This document shows, in pieces, positions 15,487 through 24,238 of a stretch of 32,000 nucleotides of DNA. Below the pieces are notes generated by a model. That model was given only the letters and a program-made list of their open reading frames with translations. It had not been told where the DNA came from and made no database searches. The first letter of the stretch is position 1, and each line of letters begins with the position of its first letter. The stretch is from Motilimonas cestriensis. GTDB taxonomy: Bacteria; Pseudomonadota; Gammaproteobacteria; Enterobacterales; CBDFNC01. Position numbers and translations under genes: made by a program. The stretch is taken from the NCBI RefSeq assembly GCF_051055415.1, contig NZ_CP170335.1; one strand, given 5' to 3'.

Positions 15487-15520
15487 GCGCCTAACGAGTT
15501 AACTCGCTAGGCGCTTTTTA
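15487..15520. terminator. Bidirectional intrinsic terminator between convergent nadR and tpiA
   Basis: GCGCCTAACGAG (15487-15498), loop TTAA, CTCGCTAGGCGC (15503-15514), with one mismatch. It is flanked by A6 upstream and T5 downstream. Confidence 0.75.
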
Positions 15521-15540
15521 ATCAGATTTAAAATCTAATA

Positions 15541-16296
15541 TTAAGCTTGAGCAGCTTCGATGATAGCGGTGAAATCAGCCACTTTTAAAGAAGCGCCGCC
15601 TACTAGGCCGCCATCGATGTCTGGTTGTGCAAATAGCTCAGCTGCAGTCGCTGGGCCAACAGAGCCGCCGTAAAGAATTTGTACTTTAGCCGCTACGTTA
15701 GCATCTTGCGCTGCTAGCCATTGACGGATGTGCGCGTGAACTTCTTGAGCTTGCTCTTTAGAAGCTACTTTACCTGTACCGATAGCCCATACTGGCTCGT
15801 ACGCGATTACCGAGTTTTCAAGTGCAGCCACGCCGTGCGCTGCGATAACTGCTGCTAGTTGCGTTTCAACTACTGAGTTAGTTTTATCAGCTTCACGCTC
15901 TTCAAGGGTTTCACCAATACAAAGTACAGGTACTAGGCCGTTGTCTTGGATCACTTTGAATTTAGCAGCAACTACTTCGTCAGTTTCAGTGTGTAGCGTA
16001 CGACGCTCACTGTGGCCAACAAGGCTGTATTTCGCGCCGAATGATTTAACCATTACCGCTGATGTTTCACCAGTGAATGCGCCCGCTACGTTTAGGTCAC
16101 AGTTTTGTGCGCCAAATTCAATTGCGCCGTCTTTAGTAAGCGCTTCAGTTTGGCCTAAGAAAATGGCAGGAGGACATACTGCTACTTCTACGCCTGTTGC
16201 TTTAGCAGCAGGGCCAGCTAGACCGTTTAGTAACTCAGCAACTGATTCTTTAGTGCCGTTTAGTTTCCAGTTACCCATAACTAGAGGTGTTCTCAT
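15541..16296 (-). CDS. tpiA: Triose-phosphate isomerase
   Basis: MRTPLVMGNWKLNG..., GHSERR, AYEPVWAIGTG and GGASL are all canonical and collinear with E. coli TpiA. I moved the start to ATG 16296, which has GGAG 9 nt upstream. The track ORF begins 8 codons earlier. Confidence 0.95.
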   Translation of the reverse strand: MRTPLVMGNWKLNGTKESVAELLNGLAGPAAKATGVEVAVCPPAIFLGQTEALTKDGAIEFGAQNCDLNVAGAFTGETSAVMVKSFGAKYSLVGHSERRTLHTETDEVVAAKFKVIQDNGLVPVLCIGETLEEREADKTNSVVETQLAAVIAAHGVAALENSVIAYEPVWAIGTGKVASKEQAQEVHAHIRQWLAAQDANVAAKVQILYGGSVGPATAAELFAQPDIDGGLVGGASLKVADFTAIIEAAQA

Positions 16297-16449
16297 GTCC
16301 ATTTCTCCAATGATTATCAAATGAATAGTAAATTATTTTCCAAATCTGCCGCCGATTATAAAAAGGCCGTTGGCTTATAAGTAGTGATTTGAACAAATAA
16401 ATGTGTAATTAATTTTCATAAATACAATAAATGTGACCCAAGTCACTCT

Positions 16450-17211
16450 TTATTTGATGTTTTGTCGTAATTCTGACCACCAAATGCCTAAATACTCATG
16501 CACAGCCATCTCGGAGCGCTCTAAATAGTAGGCACTTGGGATCATCCTATTGCTTGGCTCGGGTAATGTTGAGTTGCGCTGCTTGTAATAGGCGGGTGCG
16601 GCAATAGGCTGTGAGTTTTGCTGGGCAAACAGTTTCATGGCGCGGGGCATGTGGCTTGCTGACGTGACCAGTGCCGCTTGTTTATCTTTGATTAATCGCG
16701 CCATTTCTTTGGCTTCATCGGGAGTGTCGCGAGTGTAGTCTAAACGCTTAATCTGCGCCTCGGGTACGCCAAAACTGAGTGCTAAGGTTGCCATTAACTC
16801 AGCATGGGTTTTGCTATCGCCAAAATTCGAGCCGGAGACAACAATGGTTGCTTGTGGGTTAGCCTGCCAAATGCGAAACGCTTCGGCAAAGCGCGAGATG
16901 GCAGTGCCAGACAGCTGGCCAGTAATGGCTAAATCAGGATCGGCAAGGCCACCGTGGCCTAACACTAAAATGGTGTCAACTTTTTGCTCAATGTTAAAGG
17001 CTGGATATTGGCGTTCTAGGCTGGCAATAAGATAGCCACTGACAGGCTCAGATGAAAATGCTAATAACGTTATCAAACCCAAGCAGAGGACAAATTTACC
17101 AAAGCGTTGTTTGCTGGTCATTATCAACAGTAATAAACCAAAGGTAAGCAGAATAAGTGAAAATGGCAGGGGTTTAAGCAATCCGCCTAACCACTTTTTG
17201 AGTAAAAACAC
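16450..17211 (-). CDS. elyC: DUF218 / ElyC (YcbC)-like envelope biogenesis protein
   Basis: FLLKKWLGGLLKPLPFSLILL... parallels E. coli ElyC MLFTLKKVIGNMLLPLPLMLLII. LVTSASHMPRAM matches LVTSASHLPRAM. It is divergent from mukF, as ycbC is in the E. coli muk neighbourhood. I placed the start at GTG 17211, with GGAG 8 nt upstream. The track's TTG at 17241 remains possible. Confidence 0.75.
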   Translation of the reverse strand: MFLLKKWLGGLLKPLPFSLILLTFGLLLLIMTSKQRFGKFVLCLGLITLLAFSSEPVSGYLIASLERQYPAFNIEQKVDTILVLGHGGLADPDLAITGQLSGTAISRFAEAFRIWQANPQATIVVSGSNFGDSKTHAELMATLALSFGVPEAQIKRLDYTRDTPDEAKEMARLIKDKQAALVTSASHMPRAMKLFAQQNSQPIAAPAYYKQRNSTLPEPSNRMIPSAYYLERSEMAVHEYLGIWWSELRQNIK

Positions 17212-17468
17212 AGCAATATCTCCGTTTGCGAAATTGCGCAAATATTACCAGTTTTATGCAGCGCCGGCTTGTGCCAAAATAGCGGCCTTATTTAATCTGC
17301 TTAATATAGCTTTATTTCGCGGTTAAAAGGTAACAAAGGCCTTATTTATAGCAGGCTTTCGACTTTATCTTTTTGATTCTTAGCAATTATACAGATATTA
17401 CTGCGTTCCCCAAGTTTACTTGAGTCGCGCGGTATAGATTGAACTCGTTTGGTAAATTTGGGAACACG

Positions 17469-18827
17469 ATGACCAAAAAATACACGCTAGCAGCACAAAA
17501 GAACTTACCTGAGCTCGTTGGTTGGGTAAAGCAAGAGGCGTTTTGCTTAAATCTGTCTTCTGACCGACTAGCCTTTTTGATTGCCGTATCTGTGGTAGCA
17601 GAGCAAGAGTTAGGGGCTGAATTAACGGAAGCACAGCTTCATGATGCGTTTCGTTTGGTGAGCGACATTTTTGGCCAAGTGGATGAAACTCAGACCGAGC
17701 GTGCTAACAACGCGGTGAATGAATTTTGTCGCCAACAATTATTTAATCGCTTTGGCGCAGATACCATGGACACCGCAAGCCTGTATCGATTAACGCCCTT
17801 AGCGCTGGGCATTGTTAACTTTTATGCCCAGCAAAAAACCTATTCCAATGTTAAATTGTCTATTCTACTCACCCAAGTTGCGGCTGAAATTACCAAAGTA
17901 TATGACGCGGCTAAGCAGGGCGGTGATGAACAATATTGGGATGAGTCGGTTTACAGTGTTCTGAAATACTCAGTGGAAGATATTTTTGAGCGCATTGATT
18001 TAACCCAGCGCGCTATGGACAGCCAACAACAAGCAGCGAAAGATAACATTGCCCAGTTACTGCACCAAAACTGGAGCCAAGCTATTAGCGCCTGTGAGCA
18101 GCTATTAGCCGAAACCAGCAGTCATTTACGTGAATTGCAAGATACACTCACCTCAGCGGGCGATAAGCTGCAGTCGGGTTTGCTTAATATTCAAGAAACC
18201 GTGCACGGCAATGAAGACTACGAACACATTGAAGTGTTAGTGTTTAACTTACAAGCCCGCTTAGATGGCATCATTGCTTGGGGTCAACAGTCTATCGATT
18301 TATGGACCCGCTACGATCGACATGTGCATAAGTTTATTCGCACCGCCATCGACATGGACAAAAACCGCGCCTTTAGTCAACGTTTACGCGAGTCGGTACA
18401 AAATTTCAGTCAACATAACTGGCATTTAGTGATAGCCGAAGAAGACCGTATTCTTGAGCTGCGCGATGAAACCTTGAGTTTCCGCGATGAAACCATCACC
18501 GGTGAAGTGCCACAAGAAATGGAATACCAAGAGCTGGTGGATATTCAAAATGAAGTGGCTGGGCGAGTAGAAGCCTATTTGGCGCAGTTTAAAGACAATC
18601 AACAGCCCCTTGAATTAGCCATGGTGTTACGGGATTTCTTGGCCGATTACCCCAGTGTGCAGCATTTTGATATTGCCCGCCTAGTCATTGATGAAGCCTG
18701 TAAACTGGGCTTATCGAGTGCGGAAGTGAAATTTACCGGGGCACAGGCGCCATGGCGACCCATTAACACCACTGGGGCTAAAATTCAGGCGCATCATATT
18801 GATACCTATGACACTGATGGCCAATAG
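17469..18827 (+). CDS. mukF: Chromosome partition protein MukF (kleisin)
   Basis: The protein is collinear with E. coli MukF, e.g. PELVGWV, YRLTPLALGI, WGQQSIDLWTRYDRHVHKFIRTAIDMDKNRAF and GAKIQAHHID. I chose ATG 17469 (MTKKYTL...) as the start. The track ORF starts at an upstream TTG. Confidence 0.93.
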   Translation: MTKKYTLAAQKNLPELVGWVKQEAFCLNLSSDRLAFLIAVSVVAEQELGAELTEAQLHDAFRLVSDIFGQVDETQTERANNAVNEFCRQQLFNRFGADTMDTASLYRLTPLALGIVNFYAQQKTYSNVKLSILLTQVAAEITKVYDAAKQGGDEQYWDESVYSVLKYSVEDIFERIDLTQRAMDSQQQAAKDNIAQLLHQNWSQAISACEQLLAETSSHLRELQDTLTSAGDKLQSGLLNIQETVHGNEDYEHIEVLVFNLQARLDGIIAWGQQSIDLWTRYDRHVHKFIRTAIDMDKNRAFSQRLRESVQNFSQHNWHLVIAEEDRILELRDETLSFRDETITGEVPQEMEYQELVDIQNEVAGRVEAYLAQFKDNQQPLELAMVLRDFLADYPSVQHFDIARLVIDEACKLGLSSAEVKFTGAQAPWRPINTTGAKIQAHHIDTYDTDGQ

Positions 18828-18903
18828 CATTGAGTTTTTACTTAACAACTTTTTTATTTTTTATTTTTTGCTTTTTGCCAGTAAAGGCAGGAGTTAGTGA
18901 CAG

Positions 18904-19638
18904 ATGCAAATAACCGATCTAAACGACAGCACAGAACAATATATTTCCCAGGATCTGGCCCGCGCGGTAGCCAATCCTTTATTTCCGCAAATTGATGCGC
19001 AGTTGCGCAGTGGCCGGCATATCTGTAGTGATGATTTTCAGGCCCATTCATACCTAGCCGATGCTTATGAAGCGTTAGAGTTCTTCTATCGCCGTTATCA
19101 AGTGGAATTAATTAAAGCCCCTGAAGGGTTTTTCTATTTAAGGCCCAAATCTAACGCCTTGTTAGGTCGCAGCGTATTGTCTGAGCTTGATATGTTAGTG
19201 GGCAAAGTGCTGTGTTATTTATATTTAAGCCCAGAGCGTTTAGCCAATGAAGGGGTATTTACCTTAACGGAATTATTAGAAGAGCTAGCTAACCTCGCAG
19301 ATGAAACGCAGTTATTACGCATGGTGAACCAGCGCAGTGGCGGCTCAGATTTAGATAAGCAAAAGTTAAAAGAGAAAGTAAAAGGTTGTCTGCGCCGTTT
19401 TCGCCGTTTAGGCATGGTTACGTTAATTGGCGGAGTGGATAAATTCACCCTAAACGAAGCAATCTTTCGTTTTGGCGCCGATGTGCGCACCGACGAAGAC
19501 CCACGTGAAGTGCAAATGCGCTTAATTCGTGAAGGAGAAGCGATAGTGCATGACGACGACATGCCAACGGATGAAAAACTGCAACAATCCGATGATGCAG
19601 ACAGTGATAACGAAGAACAATTAGGGTTAGAGGTATAA
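18904..19638 (+). CDS. mukE: Chromosome partition protein MukE
   Basis: [65 protein letters not shown] and FRFGADVR all match E. coli MukE. It has the acidic C-terminal tail. AGGAG lies 10 nt upstream. Confidence 0.93.
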   Translation: MQITDLNDSTEQYISQDLARAVANPLFPQIDAQLRSGRHICSDDFQAHSYLADAYEALEFFYRRYQVELIKAPEGFFYLRPKSNALLGRSVLSELDMLVGKVLCYLYLSPERLANEGVFTLTELLEELANLADETQLLRMVNQRSGGSDLDKQKLKEKVKGCLRRFRRLGMVTLIGGVDKFTLNEAIFRFGADVRTDEDPREVQMRLIREGEAIVHDDDMPTDEKLQQSDDADSDNEEQLGLEV

Positions 19639-19640
19639 TC

Positions 19641-22600
19641 ATGGCAAATCGCGGCAAGTTTTTATCATTAACCATGGTTAATTGGAACGGCTTTTTTGCC
19701 AGAACCTTTGAGTTAGATCAGCTGGTGACGACGTTATCAGGCGGTAACGGCGCAGGTAAATCCACCACCATGGCGGCGTTTATTACGGCGATGATCCCAG
19801 ACCAAACCTTACTGCATTTTCGTAACACCACCGAAGCAGGCAGCTCTAATGCCTCACGGGATAAAGGCTTATACGGTAAGTTAAAATCAGGCCCTTGTTA
19901 CAGCATGCTACAGGTGCGTAACTCTCACGACCAAGTGATTTGGCTCGGCGTGCATTTAGAACAAATAGCAGGGCGTGATAAAAAAGTGAACATTACGCCG
20001 TTTGCGTTAATGGACTTACCTGAAGAGATTAAACCGACCGAATTATTACTCGAAACCTTAGCCTCTGGCCAAGCTCGGGTGAGGCAATTTAGCGAGCTGC
20101 GCGCCGCAGCCGCAGAGATTGGCGGTGCTCGTGTCACTAAATATAATTCGATTAACGAATATCATAACTTTTTGTTTGATATGGGCGTTATTCCGAAAAA
20201 AATGCGTGACCAAAAAGATCGCAGTAAGTTTTATCGTTTAATTGAAGCCTCATTATACGGCGGTATTTCCAGCACCATTACCCGTTCATTGCGCGATTAT
20301 TTATTGCCTGAAAACAGCGGCATTCGCAAAGCCTTTCAAGACATGGAAGCGGCGATCAAAGAAAACCGTCACACCTTAGAGCGCATTAAACAAACTCAAA
20401 GTGATCGCGATTTATTTAAGAACCTGATCACCGAAACCACCCATTACGTGGCGGCGGAATATGTTCGTTTAGGCAGTCAGCGCCAAGCATTCTCTGATGA
20501 AGCGCTCAGCCATCGCGCCAAATTACAAGACACGCAGCGTTTGCTCAAAGAAGAGCAAGGCCGGATTATTTATTTGCAACACGAGCTGGAAAACCTGACT
20601 AACCGCGAAAGCATGTTAGAAAAAGAACTAGAGCATGCCAGCGACATGTTACAAAAAGTCATCCAAGCGGTGGCGCTACAAAGCAAAATTAGCCAATACC
20701 AAGCTGAAATCGATATCACCCTAGCGCAGCTTGAAGAACAACAGGAAAAACTCGAACAAGCCAATATTCTGTTTATTGAAACTGAAGCCAGTAAACAAGC
20801 GGCGGAAGCTGAGGTTGACTCACTGAAAACCCAATTAAGTGACTATCAACAAGCGCTGGATATTCAGCAAACCCGTGCCATTCAATACAAGCAAGCGGTG
20901 GCGGCGCTAGAGCAAGCGAAATTAAGCTGCGATACGCCTGATTTAATGCCGGAATTAGCAGCAGACAAACTGGCTTTGTTTAAAGGGCAAGAAGAAGAGT
21001 TAACTCATCAAGTCTTAGAGGCTAAGCATCGCCTAGAAATGGCTAATGCGGCGCTGGAAAAATTTGAACAAGCCTTGGGCTATTTAACGCAAATAGAGCC
21101 AAGTGTCGATCGTAAACAAGCCTTCACCCAAGCCAAATTGCAGCTGCAACGCCAGCAAGAATATGTCGGCGTGACTAATCGTAAAACTGAAATTGAGCGC
21201 AGCTTACAAGATGCCTTGCGCCAGCAAAAACAGCAAGATCAAGTTACGCAATGGGTAGCCGATTATGCCAGTCAAACTTCGGTAAATCTTGAGCAAGAAC
21301 AGCAAGTGGCCGAGCAACAAGCCCATTGGTTGTTAGAGCAAGAAACCCAGCAAGCACAGCAAGCTGAATTAGCCGATATGCTGTCCACCAACAAAGAAAA
21401 ATTAGCCTCGTTAACGGCAAGTAATCAGCGCCTAACGCAGTTTGCGCCAAAATGGCTGGTGGCTCAGGCGGAAAAACAAAAACTGGAGCAATCTTCAGAG
21501 CAAAGCCTTGAAGATGCCGGCAGCGTCAGCGCTGTGATGCAGCAAACCTTGCAGCAAGAACAAACACTGAAACAGCGTAAAGAGCAGTTACAACAGCAAA
21601 AGAGCGAGCTTGAACAGCAAATTCGTCGTTTGCAAAATGCTGGCGGGGAAACAGACGAAACCTTAGGCAGCATTGCCCTTGATTTGGGCGGCGTATTACT
21701 CAGTGATGTTTATGATGATATCCCGCTGGAAGATGCGCCTTATTACTCTGCGCTATACGGCCCCGCGCGTTATGGTGTGGTGGTACGTGATTTAGAAGCG
21801 GCAATTGAAAAGCTGAAAAATGTCGCAAACTGCCCAGAAGACTTATACCTGATCCAAGGCGATCCCGATGCGTTTGATGAAGAGCTATTTAACGCCACTG
21901 ATTTAGGTGAAGCGGTATTGGTACGTGAAGGTGCTAGGCAGCTTCGTTATTCACCTCATCCAAAAACGCCACTGTTTGGCCGCGCAGCGCGTGAAGCGCG
22001 GATTGCAGAGCTTGAAAAAGCCCGTGATAGCTTGATTGAAGAATTTGGCAGCGTGTCGTTTGAGCAGCAAAAGAAACTGCGTTTATACAATCAATTTAAT
22101 GACTTTATCGCAACGCATCTGGCCGTCGTATTTGAAGCAGATCCGCAAGCGCAATTAGAAGCGAATAAGCAAGAGATTCGCGCGTTAGAGCAGCAAAACC
22201 AAAGTGCGCAGCAGCAACAAACACAATTACTGCAAACCCTCAAGAACATTAAAGCTCAGCTGCAACTGTTGGATAAAATTCAGCCACTGGCTTATTTGAT
22301 TGGTGATGATACCGTAACGGCTCGATTGGAAAATGCGCAAGAGATGGCCGAGCAACTGCGTCAGGCCGTGCAATTTTTAACTCAGCATAAGAGTGCGTTG
22401 GCTGGCTTAGCCGCTCATGTGGACTACCTGCAATACGATCCACAAGACATTGAAGTGCTAAAAGCCACACTGGAACAAGTGGATGCACAGTTAGCGGCGA
22501 AAAAGCGCCAGTGTTATCACTTAGAGCAATTACATGCCCGTTTGGCTCATTTCTCGTATCACGATGCGCAAGCATTATTGGATCAAACCAGTCAAATTAA

Positions 22601-24104
22601 CGATGAGTTAAAAGCCAAACTCGTGTTGGCAGAGAAAACGCGCCAGCAAGCCCAAGCGCAAGAAAAACAATGTCGCGAGCGTTTAAATCAAGAGCAACAA
22701 ACGCAGGTGGCGTTGTCTGCAAGCCTGAAAGCTAAACAACAAACCTTGCAAGAAAATCATAGCGAATTAGCGGCCTTAGGCGTGGTGCTGAGTCACGACA
22801 GTGAAGCCAAAGCAAAAGCCAATAAAGAGCAAGTACAACAAGACTTAATTGAAACTCGCAATAAACGCAACAGCAGCGGCGCGCATTTAAAAGTTACTGA
22901 AAAAGAAGTGTCGACCTTAACCGCTAGCGAAAAGTCGGTGAAGAAAGGTTATCACCAAGCACGCGCCGCCTTAGTTAAGCAAAAATCCGGCTGGAGCCTA
23001 GTTAAAACCTTAGCGCAGCAAAATGACGTGGCACGCCGTCTTGATCGCGCTGAGCTGAAATACCTAGATAGCGATGAACTGAAATCCATGTCGGATAAGG
23101 CATTAGGGACGTTGAGAATGTCGGTGGCTCATGATGAAGAGCTACGCGATGCACTGCGTTACTCAGAAGATAGTCGCCAGCCTGAGCGTAAGGTAATGTT
23201 TTATGTGTCGGTCTATCAGCACCTGAAACAGCGTATTCGTCATGACATTATTCGCAGTGACGACCCCGTTGAAGCGATTGAAGAAATGGAAATTGAGCTA
23301 GCGCGCTTAACCTATGAGTTGAAGCAGCGTGAATCTCACTTATCGATTTCAGCTCATGAAGTGGCCAGCAAGATCAATAACACCATTCGCCGTGAGCAAA
23401 ATCGCATTCGCGCCCTAAACCAAGGGCTGCAAAGTGTGGCATTTGGTCAGGTAGCGGGCGTACGTTTAAATGTATCGTTACGAGAGGCCTACTCAACGCT
23501 ACTTAACGCGTTAGCCGAGCAGGGCGCGCAGCATCAAGATTTGTTTGGTAACAATGAACTGAGTTTCTCGGAAGCCATGGCGAAACTGTTCCAACGCTTA
23601 AATCCGCACATAGATCAAGGTGAGCGCAGCCATCAGGTATTAGGTGAAGCTTTATTGGATTACCGTAACTACCTTGAAATGCAAATTGAAGTTTGCCGTG
23701 GCACTGAAGGCTGGCTTCGCGCAGAAAGTGGTGCATTATCAACGGGTGAAGCGATAGGTACTGGCCAAGCCATCTTGTTGATGGTGCTGCATTCGTGGGA
23801 AGAAGAGTCACGCCGTTTCCGCGCCCGTGATGTTCTACCTTGCCGCTTATTGTTCTTAGATGAAGCTGCGCGTTTAGATGCTCGCTCTATCTCTACCTTA
23901 TTTGAGCTGTGTGAGCGTCAAAACATGCAGTTGATTATCGCCGCGCCGGAGAATATCAGCCCCGAAAATGGCACCACCTATAAGCTTATTCGTAAAACCC
24001 ACGGTAACAATGAGCACGTACATGTGGTTGGCTTACGTGGTTTTGGTTATGGCAAAACGGAAACGGAATCCAACTTAGAAAGCAGTATTCCAGAGCTGAT
24101 TTAA
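19641..24104 (+). CDS. mukB: Chromosome partition protein MukB (SMC-like condensin ATPase)
   Basis: 1487 aa, starting 2 nt after the mukE stop. It has an N-terminal Walker A GGNGAGKST, long Q/E/A/L-rich coiled coils, and a C-terminal head (LSTGEAIG signature region, LLFLDEAARLD Walker B). Confidence 0.96.
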   Translation: MANRGKFLSLTMVNWNGFFARTFELDQLVTTLSGGNGAGKSTTMAAFITAMIPDQTLLHFRNTTEAGSSNASRDKGLYGKLKSGPCYSMLQVRNSHDQVIWLGVHLEQIAGRDKKVNITPFALMDLPEEIKPTELLLETLASGQARVRQFSELRAAAAEIGGARVTKYNSINEYHNFLFDMGVIPKKMRDQKDRSKFYRLIEASLYGGISSTITRSLRDYLLPENSGIRKAFQDMEAAIKENRHTLERIKQTQSDRDLFKNLITETTHYVAAEYVRLGSQRQAFSDEALSHRAKLQDTQRLLKEEQGRIIYLQHELENLTNRESMLEKELEHASDMLQKVIQAVALQSKISQYQAEIDITLAQLEEQQEKLEQANILFIETEASKQAAEAEVDSLKTQLSDYQQALDIQQTRAIQYKQAVAALEQAKLSCDTPDLMPELAADKLALFKGQEEELTHQVLEAKHRLEMANAALEKFEQALGYLTQIEPSVDRKQAFTQAKLQLQRQQEYVGVTNRKTEIERSLQDALRQQKQQDQVTQWVADYASQTSVNLEQEQQVAEQQAHWLLEQETQQAQQAELADMLSTNKEKLASLTASNQRLTQFAPKWLVAQAEKQKLEQSSEQSLEDAGSVSAVMQQTLQQEQTLKQRKEQLQQQKSELEQQIRRLQNAGGETDETLGSIALDLGGVLLSDVYDDIPLEDAPYYSALYGPARYGVVVRDLEAAIEKLKNVANCPEDLYLIQGDPDAFDEELFNATDLGEAVLVREGARQLRYSPHPKTPLFGRAAREARIAELEKARDSLIEEFGSVSFEQQKKLRLYNQFNDFIATHLAVVFEADPQAQLEANKQEIRALEQQNQSAQQQQTQLLQTLKNIKAQLQLLDKIQPLAYLIGDDTVTARLENAQEMAEQLRQAVQFLTQHKSALAGLAAHVDYLQYDPQDIEVLKATLEQVDAQLAAKKRQCYHLEQLHARLAHFSYHDAQALLDQTSQINDELKAKLVLAEKTRQQAQAQEKQCRERLNQEQQTQVALSASLKAKQQTLQENHSELAALGVVLSHDSEAKAKANKEQVQQDLIETRNKRNSSGAHLKVTEKEVSTLTASEKSVKKGYHQARAALVKQKSGWSLVKTLAQQNDVARRLDRAELKYLDSDELKSMSDKALGTLRMSVAHDEELRDALRYSEDSRQPERKVMFYVSVYQHLKQRIRHDIIRSDDPVEAIEEMEIELARLTYELKQRESHLSISAHEVASKINNTIRREQNRIRALNQGLQSVAFGQVAGVRLNVSLREAYSTLLNALAEQGAQHQDLFGNNELSFSEAMAKLFQRLNPHIDQGERSHQVLGEALLDYRNYLEMQIEVCRGTEGWLRAESGALSTGEAIGTGQAILLMVLHSWEEESRRFRARDVLPCRLLFLDEAARLDARSISTLFELCERQNMQLIIAAPENISPENGTTYKLIRKTHGNNEHVHVVGLRGFGYGKTETESNLESSIPELI

Positions 24105-24135
24105 GCTAAATACTGGAACCAATATTATATTGAAT

Positions 24136-24161
24136 GGCCTGTTGCAAAACAGGCCTTTTTT
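24136..24161 (+). terminator. Intrinsic terminator of mukFEB
   Basis: GGCCTGTT (24136-24143), loop GCAA, AACAGGCC (24148-24155), then T6. Confidence 0.85.
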
Positions 24162-24238
24162 ACATTTACCCACTACAAAGCCATGATGCTTGTTAACTTA
24201 TAGATTAGCCAAATCCCTCAATGGGTTTGCAAAAAAAA

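Noticed and set aside
16433-16446. GTGAC-CCAA-GTCAC palindrome just downstream of elyC, considered as a matS (MatP) site given the MukBEF context.
   Set aside because: The matS consensus GTGACRNYGTCAC has a 3-nt centre and this has 4 nt. It is more simply a short hairpin downstream of the elyC stop.
19925-23811. Several 64-108-aa antisense ORFs inside mukB, and similar ones inside uvrB, cti, tpiA, nadR and the GGDEF-EAL gene.
   Set aside because: All are fully embedded antisense or out of frame within strongly supported genes, with no start context. They are expected by chance in long genes.
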